DNA of 63,722 nucleotides, counting the filler, from Collodictyon triciliatum (taxonomy: Eukaryota), in assembly GCA_043381765.1 (NCBI GenBank). It is 32 parts of 32 records of this genome, joined end to end, with 100 filler letters (N's around TTAATTAATTAA, not from the genome) between each part and the next. Parts side by side here need not be neighbours in the genome. Positions count along the whole stretch, not along the records: positions 13,619 to 15,461 come from JBHJMP010010081.1; positions 15,562 to 17,402 come from JBHJMP010010082.1; positions 17,503 to 19,345 come from JBHJMP010010083.1; positions 19,446 to 21,293 come from JBHJMP010010084.1; positions 21,394 to 23,235 come from JBHJMP010010085.1; positions 23,336 to 25,177 come from JBHJMP010010086.1; positions 25,278 to 27,118 come from JBHJMP010010087.1; 25 more parts are not named here. One strand, given 5' to 3'. Positions 13,619 to 25,520 of the stretch are shown here, in pieces. The notes under the pieces are model-generated. The model was not told the origin of the DNA. It ran no database searches and worked only from the letters and a program-made list of their open reading frames with translations. The position numbers and the translations under genes were made by a program. Every line of letters begins with the position of its first letter. Positions within the stretch are counted from its first letter, which is position 1.

Positions 13619-14660
13619 GAATAGTGAAGATCCTTTGTGGGTCTTGTGTGAAGCAGACTTCGTCGCAGCCCGGCAAAGTGGAGATCCTTCGTGGGTCTTG
13701 TGTGAAGCAGACTGCGTCATATTCCGGCATAGTGGAGCCTTTGCGTGTCTTGTGTGAAGCAGACTTCGTCGTATTCCGGCATAACGTACAGCCTTCGTGG
13801 GTCTTGTGTGAAGCAGACTTCGTCAACGTTCGGCATAGCGGAGATCCTTTGCGGGTCTTGTGTGAAGCAGACTGCGTCGTATTCCGGCATAGCACACAAC
13901 CTTTGCGGGTCTTGTGTGAAGCAGACTGCGTCGTATTCCGGCATAGCACACAACCTTTGCGGGTCTTGTGTGAAGCAGACTGCGTCGACGTTCGGCATAG
14001 CGGAGATCCTTTGCGGGTCTTGTGTGAAGCAGACTTCGTCGTATTCCGCACAGTGGAGAGCCTTTGCGGGTCTTGGGCGAGGCAGACTGCGTCGTATTCC
14101 GGCATAGCACACAACCTTTGCGGGTCTTGTGTGAAGCAGACTGCGTCGTATTCCGGCATAACGCACAGCCTTTGTGGGTCTTGTGTGAAGCAGACTTCGT
14201 CACATTCCGGCATAGCGAAGAGCCTTTGCGGGTCTTGGGCGAGGCAGACTTCGTCGACGTTCCGGCATAGTGAAGAGCCTTTGCGGGTCTTGTGTGAAGC
14301 AGACTTCGTCGACGTCCGGCACAGTGGAGAGCCTTTGTGGGTCTTGCGTGGAGCAGACTTCGTCGACGTTCGGCATAGCGGAGATCCTTTGCGAGTCTTG
14401 TGTGGAACAGACTTCGTCGCAGTCTGGCATAGCGGAGATCCTTTGCGGGTCTTGTGTGAAGCAGACTTAGTCGCAGTCCGGCGTAGTGCAGATCCTTTGC
14501 GGGTCTTGTGTGGAGCAGACTGCGTCGACGTTCGGCATAGTGGAGAGCCTTTGTGAGTCTTGTGTGGAACAGACTTCGTCGCAGTCTGGCATAGCGGAGA
14601 TCCTTTGCGGTTCTTGTGTGAAGCAGACTTCGTCGACGTTCGGCATAGTGGAGAGCCTTT
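13619..14660. repeat. ~54-bp tandem repeat, about 19 diverged copies; minus-strand ORF from ATG 14678 reads an 18-aa basic repeat (HKTRKGSPLCRTSTKSAS)
   Basis: Unit approximates GCGGGTCTTGTGTGAAGCAGACTTCGTCGACGTTCGGCATAGCGGAGATCCTTT. Some units carry small indels that shift the frame. Confidence 0.95.
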
Positions 14661-15561
14661 ACGTTTATCGGCCCTCATGTGTGTACGTGTGTGAGCATGC
14701 TCGTGGGTGCAGGTGTACTCGTGGGTCCACGTTGTGTTGCTTGTGCGAGTGGTTGCGTGTTACAGACGACGGTTGCAGGTCGACTCGACTCGATACTCGA
14801 CACTGCTTGGCGACCGACCGGCTGCGGCAAAAAAATTGTGTCGTGCATGCGAGGCGAGCGGTTGTCGAAGCCGCCCGCCTTTAATAAGGACGGAAAGAAA
14901 GGGTACGAAACTTAAATAAACAGATAACCCTGATCACCCAGGCTTAGCGTTACCGAAGTTTGCATAAAGCCTTGTCCCGGCACATAATGTACAAAGGCAT
15001 TGCCCGAATGAGGGACAGTTTGACCGTGGGCCCAGCAAGGGTTGCCTGGAAGCAGCGCCTAGATGAGGGATGGAAAAGGGATTCGGGTCAGATTGGTTTC
15101 GATGCATAGATTCGAAGTGAATAATAGATGATTCATCATTGATGTGAAAAAAATTGGATCATAGATTGCATCTGGTGATGAAATAAAGAAAAAAATGTTC
15201 TATTTTCCACATATATGAATTCGATGTGGATTATTGCCTTATCGTATAAGGAAGAAATGAGAGAAACAAATTATGTTCACATTAATACTTGATTCATTTA
15301 TTGCATGTTTATTTTGCAGCAGAATGCCAAAGAAAAATTCCACAAAGAGAGCGAAGATTGATGCGGACAAGATATTTGAGGGCAGAGTATGCATATGAGG
15401 GCATGCCTGTTGGGTGCGTTGTATCCCACATTAGGTTCTACTGTCAGGAGCCGCGCTGAAGNNNNNNNNNNNNNNNNNNNNNNNNNNNNNNNNNNNNNNN
15501 NNNNNTTAATTAATTAANNNNNNNNNNNNNNNNNNNNNNNNNNNNNNNNNNNNNNNNNNNN

Positions 15562-16320
15562 AAGATAAAAGATAAAAAAGATAAAAAAAAGATAAAAAAA
15601 GATAAAAAAAAGATAAAAAAAGATAAAAAAAGATAAAAAAAGATAAAAAAAGATAAAAAAGATAAAAAAGATAAAAAAGATAAAAAAGATAAAAAAGATA
15701 AAAAAAAAGAAAAAAAAAAGATAAAAAAAGATAAAAAAAGATAAAAAAAGATAAAAAAGATAAAAAAGATAAAAAAGATAAAAAAGATAAAAAAGATAAA
15801 AAAAAAGATAAAAAAAAGATAAAAAAAGATAAAAAAAGATAAAAAAAGATAAAAAAAGATAAAAAAAGATAAAAAAAAAAGAAAGGTGTATTTGGGTCAA
15901 TCTAAAGGGAAAGTATGCAGCAAGGTATTGCAGCTGCTATGAAAGCTTTGTGTGCTCTCGATCTTACCTCTTCTTCGCTGCTGAGGCTGCCCTCCTCCAT
16001 CTCTCGGATGAAAAAAAGTTGAAGTTCGAGGCAGTCCTAAAAATCGCTCAATATATTTTGTACCGAGTTGTTTTACCCCATATAACAAGAAATAAGAAAA
16101 AAAGATAAAAAAAGATAAAAAAAGATAAAAAAAGATAAAAAAAAGATAAAAAAAAAGATAAAAAAAGATAAAAAAAGATAAAAAAAGATAAAAAAAAGAT
16201 AAAAAAAGATAAAAAAAGATAAAAAAGGTAAAAAAAGAAAAAAAAGATAAAAAAAGATAAAAAAAAGATAAAAAAAAGATAAAAAAAGATAAAAAAGATA
16301 AAAAAGTTTAAAAAAAGGAA
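15562..16320. repeat. (GATAAAAAA)n-type low-complexity tracts, probably intronic, interrupted by about 200 nt of unique sequence
   Basis: Direct observation. On the minus strand a small AG/GT-bounded candidate exon DCLELQLFFIREMEEGSLSSEEE lies between the tracts. Confidence 0.85.
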
Positions 16321-16942
16321 AAACGAAAGAGGAAAGAGGAAAAAGGAAAGATAAAGATGAAAAACGCAAAAGCTACAAGCAGAAACAGGAAAGAGATTGA
16401 GTGAGGAAGGTGAGCAAAAAGCAAAGTGTTCTGCCGATCCATCGGCTATGTAGTTGTGCCTTTTTTCTTATTCTCGCTGCCGATCTTTGGTGCTGCAGTC
16501 TGAAACACCATCACTTTGAGCCGTGGGATAAAAAGGATTTATTCCTGTTCTTTCAAAGACCTCATTCAATACAATATTTACAAATTTGGCGATTGATTTG
16601 ATAGATGAAAACTGTTGTTGGGGCAACCAAAGAGCCACATTGTGCTCGTTATCGTAGTGGTTATATGTTATGGATATCAATTATTATAATTATTGTCATC
16701 ATCATAATAAAGGTTATATTCATAAATAAGCAATGACTATCTGCATCCTGAGAAGCAGCCGAGAGGTTCACAACAAGGTAAAATAAGCTAAAGCCTGTAC
16801 TATTGAACACTCCGCTACCTTCAAAAAAAATCATAGGAAACGAAAGCTTCTTTGTTGCGCGAGATATACCAAATTATTTCTAGTATGGATTTTCGGCGGG
16901 GTGTTTGTCAGTAACTTTCGGCTGGACTACGTGCTCTTGTTT

Positions 16943-17198
16943 TTATTCGGACTCAACGATGGGAGAGGCAGTATTATCATCCTCTTTTGTCCTGAGGCCA
17001 TCCACATTCCGAACAACAACAGAATCTTCTCCAAGGAGCTGACAAAGTTCTTTTAGCCGCTCTTGTTTTTGCTTGACATTTGCTAGGTCACCTTCCAATC
17101 GTGTCTTCTCATCTTTCAGAGATAAACGAACATCTGCGCTTAATGGAGAGAAAGCCCAGCCACCTTGACCATCGAATTGAAGGAGGTGTGTATGATAT
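16943..17198 (-). CDS. Peroxisomal ABC transporter (ABCD1/2-like), last exon
   Basis: [57 protein letters not shown] matches the ABCD1/2 C-terminus ([14 protein letters not shown]...RLSLxEEK). Confidence 0.92.
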
Positions 17199-17302
17199 CT
17201 GATAAGCATTAGATGAGTACGCATAAAATTGATGCTAAAAACAAAGAAAAAAAACAAAAAAACAAAAAAACAAAAAAACAAAAAAACAAAAAAAAAAAAA
17301 AA

Positions 17303-17402
<100 letters not shown>

Positions 17403-17529
17403 NNNNNNNNNNNNNNNNNNNNNNNNNNNNNNNNNNNNNNNNNNNNTTAATTAATTAANNNNNNNNNNNNNNNNNNNNNNNNNNNNNNNNNNNNNNNNNN
17501 NNCTTTTCTATCTCCCACACATCACCACC

Positions 17530-17824
17530 TACTTTGGAACTACTTGCCTGATGGCTGAATGAAAGATTGTTGAGACGGGCTCAACAGCTAAGACTTTTAG
17601 AATAAAAAAAAAATGTAGCCTGTCACCCGATTGTTTGTGCAGCAGACACTTCTATATCTGGCATATTCCGACAAAGGCAAGTTACTGCACAAACAAGGAT
17701 AACTTTCAAAGAATAGAGAATAGTAAGGTAATAATTCGTCAAAATTACTCCTTTGGAATTTTAAAAGTCTAAGGGCCGAAGCTGTAAAAGGTGGCATGGG
17801 TGTTTGTGGGCGAGGGCTGTCCAT
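17530..17824 (-). CDS. 5' exons of an unidentified host gene
   Basis: ATG-initiated MDSPRPQTPMPPFTASALRLLKFQRSNFDELLPYYSLFFESYPCLCSNLPLSEYARYRSVCCTNNR followed by a short intron-like T-rich stretch ending in AG. Confidence 0.45.
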
Positions 17825-18252
17825 CTGGCACTCTGTTCCCCCGCAAAACAAAACAACCAGCGGCTCCAGCAGACTCTGGCAGTCATAAGAAGACAAATAT
17901 TGTGCTCATTATTGTGTGCGTCGATACCTCCTCTTGTAAAAATACTCTAAACGAACTAGAGATTAATCTGGCCGTACCGGTAAGCCTCGTCTGATGCAGA
18001 TTCTCGGGTATCCTATTAAAACGCGCCCGTATTCTTACTTTCTTTGACCGAAAGCAACGACAGATGCAAATGTATCTGAGGACATGTGCCAACACACAAT
18101 CAATCAATCAATCAATCAATCATTCAAAAAAATATCAATAAATAACCAGAGTCACTCGTCGTCAAATCGCCACTAATAATTTCATTCCAGTTGAGCATGC
18201 ACTGTCATTCGCGCTTATTATTTGCCTTTTGATTGGCTATACCCAAACTTGA

Positions 18253-18608
18253 AATCGAACCAAAACAAAAAGTGAACAATCGCTTATGGATCGAATTGAA
18301 AAGACATTGGCAAGGATCTTGTACTGGTGTATGGAGACTGGAGCAGAAAATCTCAGATGAAACATTTTATGCCAACAATCGGAAGAGGGTTACGAAAAAT
18401 ACTATCCAACCGTTTTGAACCAGTTAGTGTAGATGGATTTAGAACCTCTAAGATGTGCCGCAACTGCGAAAAAGAACTGGAATATATGGCACCGAAAGGG
18501 AAAACAAAAAAAAAGGTGTATAGATGTCTCATATGTAAATAATTCAATCGCTCAGAAAGCAAACAAAGTGTATTCTTGACAAGGGACTTTAACAGCGCCA
18601 ATAAATAA
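18253..18608 (+). pseudogene. Fanzor1 (eukaryotic TnpB-family RNA-guided nuclease), C-terminal RuvC/zinc-finger remnant
   Basis: After repairing a 1-nt frameshift near 18307 it reads KSEQSLMDRIEKT(F)GKDLVLVYGDWSRKSQMKHFMPTIGRGLRKILSNRFEPVSVDGFRTSKMCRNCEKELEY...KVYRCLICK*FNRSESKQSVFLTRDFNSAINN. The GDWS, VD(E>G)FRTSKxCxxC, second Cys pair and RDxNxAxN (RuvC-III) motifs have Fanzor1 spacing. Confidence 0.88.
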
Positions 18609-18668
18609 TATACTCAACAAAGTTCTTTTAATCCTTCAAAATATGCCTACACCTTCCTTTAAAAAACA

Positions 18669-18828
18669 GGCTGTTGGGTCTTTCCTAGCAGCCATCACCA
18701 CTACACAACCTCTGTGAAAAAAAGTGGTGAGACCTTGGATACTAGTGCACCAAGTTTATCAATCGAAAGATGGTATACTCCTTCTAGTAAAATAAAAGCG
18801 AGCGATGTAAAATTTATTTCGTATGCTT
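18669..18828 (+). ncRNA. Candidate Fanzor omegaRNA (fRNA) scaffold
   Basis: Five adjacent hairpins starting about 60 nt downstream of the RuvC-III motif: 18669-18693, 18695-18730, 18734-18754, 18757-18775 (GAAA tetraloop) and 18796-18828. Confidence 0.55.
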
Positions 18829-18899
18829 CTGACTCAACACTTGATTCGTTGGAGGCGATTCGAGGCGTTTGTGTGGACGTGGTTTTTGAAACAAACAAA

Positions 18900-18970
<71 letters not shown>

Positions 18971-19033
18971 AGCATTAAAAATAGATAAAAACAACTGACT
19001 CTGCCCTCGTAAACGACCGATCGGCAAAGGGGA

Positions 19034-19213
19034 ATGCGACGCACTCCTGTCTCTTTGCGAGCAGGTTCTCCAGCTCGGCCGGCTTCCCAGTCTGACTCTG
19101 TCACGTATTACCAGCGCCATCTGGAGTCGGTTACGCAAATGGAGGAAAGGCTTAGTTCAGTTGCACGCAGGCACGAGAACAGAACAAAAGAAACACGCGA
19201 CTATGGACCCAAA
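19034..19213 (+). CDS. First exon of an unidentified host gene
   Basis: MRRTPVSLRAGSPARPASQSDSVTYYQRHLESVTQMEERLSSVARRHENRTKETRDYGPK followed by GT and a (TATTC/TATTT)n intron-like tract. Confidence 0.5.
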
Positions 19214-19479
19214 GTATCTAATTTCACATCTCTTCTATTTTATTCTATTCTATTCTATTTTATTCTATTTTATTCTATTTTATTCTATTTTATTCTATTT
19301 TATTCTATTTTATTCTATTTTATTCTATTTTATTCTATTTTATTCNNNNNNNNNNNNNNNNNNNNNNNNNNNNNNNNNNNNNNNNNNNNTTAATTAATTA
19401 ANNNNNNNNNNNNNNNNNNNNNNNNNNNNNNNNNNNNNNNNNNNNGGAGAAAGTAACACGACTGCAAGGATGCCTTTCC

Positions 19480-20937
19480 ATGCGTCACGTGCCTATCAAC
19501 GCTCTCCTAAGCGCGACAGCGGCTTATGCAAATAATTCCTCGGGCAAATCGAATCATCTTAAAGAGTCCCCACGGGGTCCTGGACTTGCTCTTGGGGTGA
19601 AATCTGGGGAACGACCTCATAGACATTTGCACGGATTGAAGGCGATCGATTCAAAATCTCATTCATCTACTCTGTCCCCAAACCACGGAAAATCAGTGAT
19701 GAAACGTCCTCTACATGGACGCAAGAAAATCACAGGGTTCAACAGCACTGACTTTGATGATGTTGGGCAGAACGAAGAAAAAGACTTAAATCGAACACCA
19801 TCAAAAATCACGTCAGCAAATCTCACGGGTGCAAAGTCGCTAACATCCACCCCTTTGAACGCACGGGCAAGGAAACTTACGTATGATGTGGTTTGTGCGA
19901 ATCCCTCTAAAAACTACCTCTTCGTACAACTTCGTTTCTTCAAAACACATTCCCATTTATTCTTGTTCCTTTCTTTTATTAGAATAATAATGATAATAAT
20001 AATAATAATCACCATTACTTTTTCTTTTTTTAAAAAAAGGTGTTTGTTTAATCCAAACTCTGAATTATATACCTCCTCTTACTTACATCAGTCGCCCATG
20101 CGCTCTTCGTTGGACTCAAATGGAACAAAAGTTCGCAAGCCAGTCCTCGATGATGGCAGGCACATCAACAGCAATAGCAATCATCTGCCAAAGAATGGAA
20201 AAGCCGTATCCCTCTTGGCGCACGAGAATTCAGGACCAGATTATGCACCATCATCATCCCACCAAGCAGCCAGACTTCCCCAAACATCACATACACATCA
20301 CAACCGTGCCCAAAGCCACAGTTCACCCCGGACAGCCCCACGCTCTCAAGATTCAATTTCTCTCCCTCCTCTGCGGCCGGACGGACTGGTAACACGAACT
20401 CGGGCGCAAACCGGAGGTGTGAACCAATTGTCCTCCGCGTATGGCACGCACCCAAGCCACACCCTATTCAGCGAATCGGGTGCAGTTCCCGGCTCGGCCG
20501 CTTCGTACGCGTCGTCATCCATACAACGCCTTCCTGCACTCGAAGGGGAGTGGTCGTACTCCGAATCCGACCATGCAGATGGTGTCTGGACCGCTTCCAC
20601 AGACTCCCAAGTGCCGGTTCTGCCCAGCGCCTTCGCAAATGCACCACCAAATTCGTCTTCAAAGCACGCAACAGTAACATCTCCGGCTTCGGCTTCGGCT
20701 GCAATGGCAACATCGTTTCCTCCTCCAGCGCAGAATCTGGCGAGGCCGGCTCTGGCTCCGCGCGGGCATCGTTCTGGGCATAGCCCGTCTCATACATCTG
20801 CGGGTGCCTCGTTGCCACACGCGGGCAGAACAAGCAGCCCAGCGCGCCGAATCCAAACGCGCGCACAGTTGAGGGTGCAGCAAAGAATGCATGATGTAGC
20901 CATGTGCTACCTTGGGCGGGCGCCTATGTTTGATTAG
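19480..20937 (+). CDS. C-terminal S/H/A/P-rich disordered region of an unidentified protein, with a probable intron at about 19881-20039
   Basis: Long open frame ending in TAG. An internal AT-rich segment starting GTATGA, with an (ATA)n tract, looks intronic. Confidence 0.55.
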   Translation: MRHVPINALLSATAAYANNSSGKSNHLKESPRGPGLALGVKSGERPHRHLHGLKAIDSKSHSSTLSPNHGKSVMKRPLHGRKKITGFNSTDFDDVGQNEEKDLNRTPSKITSANLTGAKSLTSTPLNARARKLTYDVVCANPSKNYLFVQLRFFKTHSHLFLFLSFIRIIMIIIIIITITFSFFKKRCLFNPNSELYTSSYLHQSPMRSSLDSNGTKVRKPVLDDGRHINSNSNHLPKNGKAVSLLAHENSGPDYAPSSSHQAARLPQTSHTHHNRAQSHSSPRTAPRSQDSISLPPLRPDGLVTRTRAQTGGVNQLSSAYGTHPSHTLFSESGAVPGSAASYASSSIQRLPALEGEWSYSESDHADGVWTASTDSQVPVLPSAFANAPPNSSSKHATVTSPASASAAMATSFPPPAQNLARPALAPRGHRSGHSPSHTSAGASLPHAGRTSSPARRIQTRAQLRVQQRMHDVAMCYLGRAPMFD

Positions 20938-21214
20938 GATGACTCTCTTATAACAAGCTTTGTAATAGACATCATATGTACAAAATCTAAACATAAATGA
21001 CATAATAGTTCACAATTCGAAATCATGCATTTCAAAAGCTTTCTCCCTTCCAATTGCTTTTTTTTTCTTCCCCCAAATCTCATCGAATATTACATGAAAT
21101 ATCTACTTTTTTAACTTGAATATTCAGGATAAAAATAATGACTATACGCCATGTCTGAATCCATTAAAGTACCCTGTCGGAACTCGTTGCTTGTCCTAGT
21201 ATGTCCATCTTGTA

Positions 21215-21293
<79 letters not shown>

Positions 21294-21393
21294 NNNNNNN
21301 NNNNNNNNNNNNNNNNNNNNNNNNNNNNNNNNNNNNNTTAATTAATTAANNNNNNNNNNNNNNNNNNNNNNNNNNNNNNNNNNNNNNNNNNNN

Positions 21394-23235
21394 TGGACAT
21401 ACTGATACCCAGCAGAAGACATCAATGCATTCCGAATCCAACCAGTACGGACATACTGATACCCAGCAGAAGACACCAGTGAATTCTGAATCCAACAAAT
21501 ATGGACATACTGATACCCAGCAGAAGACATCAATGCATTCCGAATCCAACCAGTACGGACATACTGATACCCAACAAAAGACACCAGTGAATTCCGAATC
21601 TAACCAATATGGCAATACTGATACTCAACAAAAGACACCAGTGTATTCCGAATCCAACCAATATGGTCATACTGACACTCAGCAGAAGACATCAATGCAT
21701 TCTGAATCCAACAAATATGGTCATACTAATACTCAACAAAAGACATCAATGCATTCTGAATCCATCAAATATGGACATACTGATACCCAACAGAAGACAT
21801 CAATGCATTCCGAATCCAACCAGTATGGTCATACTGACACTCAGCAGAAGACACCAGTGAATTCCGAATCCAACCAATATGGTCATACTGACACTCAGCA
21901 GAAGACATCAATGCATTCTGAATCCAACCAATATGGTCATACTGATACTCAACAAAAGACACCAGTTTATTCCGAATCCATCAAATATGGACAAACTGAT
22001 AGCCAACAAAAGACACGAGTGCATTCTGAATCCAACCAATATGGTCATACTGATACACAGGAAAAGACACTAGTGTATTCCGAATCCAACCAGTACGGAC
22101 ATACTGATACCCAACAGAAGACATCGGTTTATTCTGAATCCAACAAATATGGTCATACTGATACCCTGCAAAAGACACCAGCTTTTTCAGAATCCAACAA
22201 TTATGGTCATACTGATACCCAGCAGAAGACACCATTGTATTCCGAATCCTACAATTATGGTCATACCGATACCCAACAAAAGACACCGATGTATTCCGAA
22301 TCACACAAATATGGACATACTGATACTCAACAAAATACATCAGTATATTCCAAATCCAATAAATATGGTCATACTGATACTCAGCAAAAAACACCATTGT
22401 ATTCCGAATCCTACCAATATAGTGAAACTGATACCCTGCAAAAGACACCAGTTTATTCCGAATCCAACCAGTATGGCAATACTGATACTCAACAAAAGAC
22501 ACCAGTGCATTCCGAATCCAACCAATATGGCCATACTGATACCCTGCAAAAGACACTAGTGAATTCCGAATCCAACCAATATGGATACACTGACACTCAA
22601 CAGAAGACATCAATGAATTCCGAATCCAACAAATATGGACATACTGATACCCAACAAAAAACATCAGTGTATTCCGAATCCAACCAATATGGACAAACTG
22701 ATTCCCAACAGAAGACATCAATGAATTCCGAATCCAACCAATATGGTCATACTGATACCCAGCAAAAGACACCGTTATATTCCGAATCCAACCAATATGG
22801 ATACACTGATACCCAACAAAAGACACCAGTGAATTCTGAATCCAACCAGTACGGACATACTGATACCCTGCAGAAGACACCAGTGAATTCTGAATCCAAC
22901 AAATATGGACATACTGATACCCAACAAAAAACATCAGTGTATTCCGAATCCAACCAATATGGACAAACTGATACCCAACAGAAGACATCAATGAATTCCG
23001 AATCCAACCAGTATGGCAATACTGATACTCAACAAAAGACACCGGTATATTCCGAATCTAACCAATATGGTCATACCGATACTCAGCAAAAGACATCAAT
23101 GCATTCCGAATCAAACCAATACAGACATACTGACACTCAACAAAAGACACCCTTGTATTCCGAATCTAACAAGTACGGACATACTGATACCCAACAAAGG
23201 ACACCAGTGAATTCTGAATCCAAAAAATATGGACA
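21394..23235 (+). CDS. Tandem 18-aa repeat protein (SESNQYGHTDTQQKTPV[N/Y/H]), about 34 copies of a 54-bp unit, both ends off-fragment
   Basis: The frame is open across the whole fragment with no indels. Variation is enriched at synonymous positions (tcc/tct, tac/tat, gga/ggt/ggc, gat/gac, caa/cag). Confidence 0.85.
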
Positions 23236-23335
23236 NNNNNNNNNNNNNNNNNNNNNNNNNNNNNNNNNNNNNNNNNNNNTTAATTAATTAANNNNNNNNN
23301 NNNNNNNNNNNNNNNNNNNNNNNNNNNNNNNNNNN

Positions 23336-23389
<54 letters not shown>

Positions 23390-23547
23390 CTCTTTTTTTT
23401 ACTCTTTTTTTTACTCTTTTTTTTACTCTTTTGTTTTACTCTTTTTTTTTACTCTTTTTTTTTACTCTTTTTTTTACTCTTTTTCCTTTTTCCTTTTCGT
23501 CTGTCTATCTCCGTTTCCATTCTGCGACTCACGAGCCTGTGTTACAG

Positions 23548-24377
<830 letters not shown>

Positions 24378-24610
24378 GGCTGTCTTGCGCGCACGGGAGA
24401 GTGGCGTGTGGCCCTTGCTCACCATCTCTTATTGTTGTTGCTGTTGTTTCCCTCCTCCTTTCTCAGATTGATATTACCCCGCGTTCATTCCACCCTTCTC
24501 TTTCTCTGTCATATTCTTGTTTTCTTCTTCGTCTTTCTTCTGTGCTGTCGTTGTCCATCAACAGGCTGGCCAGGCCCGATGAATAAAGCCTCTAGACTAC
24601 GCCGCCGGCT

Positions 24611-25043
24611 TCAGAGGACGTAGGAAAGCATCACGTCCGGTTCTTCGTCCCCGCGGGCGATTTTCCAGATGTCGCTGACCACGGCCTTGTAGCGGGGCAG
24701 AGGCAGCGTGTGGATTCCCTGCAGGATGAAAGTCCGCGCCTGCTGGTCGAACGGCAGCGGCGGTGCGCCCCGAATCTCAAAGCACTGGATGGCCCACGAC
24801 GGGAACGACTCTGGGTAGATGCGCGCTGTGGGAAACGGGGCTTCTTTTAGCCTTTTGTTCTTGTTCTTATTTTCTTTTCCTCACGGCTTCTGCGTAAGAC
24901 TTCTTTGCCACCAAGATGCCTAGCTGTTTGGGAGATGGAAGCTGCGGGGAGGGGAAAAGGAAAGATGGTGGGAACGTGCCTGTCAGGAAGAGTATTTCGC
25001 CGAGCCGAGCAACGCTGTGCGAGTGGCACTCCCCCGCAACACC
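24611..25043 (-). CDS. Importin-13/transportin-SR-like karyopherin, last two exons
   Basis: GVAGECHSHSVARLGEILFLT-A-RIYPESFPSWAIQCF...RYKAVVSDIWKIARGDEEPDVMLSYVL* resembles importin-13-family C-termini. Confidence 0.6.
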
Positions 25044-25520
25044 CTGTTTGTTTGTTTGTTTGTTTGTTTGTTTGTTTGTTTGTTTGTTTGTTTGTTTGTT
25101 TGTTTGTTTGTTTGTTTGTTTGTTTGTTTGTTTGTTTGTTTGTTTGTTTGTTTTTGTGTACGAAAAGAAAGACCATGNNNNNNNNNNNNNNNNNNNNNNN
25201 NNNNNNNNNNNNNNNNNNNNNTTAATTAATTAANNNNNNNNNNNNNNNNNNNNNNNNNNNNNNNNNNNNNNNNNNNNAAGAAAAAAAGAAAAAAGAAAAA
25301 AGAAAAAAGAAAAAAGAAAAAAGAAAAAAGAAAAAAGAAAAAAGAAAAAAGAAAAAAGAAAAGAAAAAAGAAAAAAGAAAGAAAAGAAGAAAAAAGAAAG
25401 AAAAAAGAAAGGAAAAAGTAAGGAAAAAAGAAAGAGAATGCAAGCATGTTAACCATAAAGGACAAATACCATTCCGTTTTTTTTTATATTCAATTAATTG
25501 CTAATAAATCAATTACTCAC

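Noticed and set aside
13619-14660. CRISPR array
   Set aside because: The variable parts of each unit are mutated versions of one another rather than unique spacers, and no cas genes are present.
17880-17994. IIVCVDT as the missing Fanzor RuvC-I motif
   Set aside because: It lacks the DPG consensus, lies upstream of the minus-strand host gene, and is separated from the remnant by a (TCAA)n tract and stops.
18540-18542. Alternative genetic code (TAA read-through) explaining the stop in the Fanzor frame
   Set aside because: The same remnant also has a frameshift and a catalytic-site substitution, so pseudogenisation is the simpler explanation. Other genes in the window use TAA as a normal stop.
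21394-23235. CRISPR array or non-coding satellite
   Set aside because: There are no unique spacers. The uninterrupted frame with synonymous-biased variation indicates protein coding.
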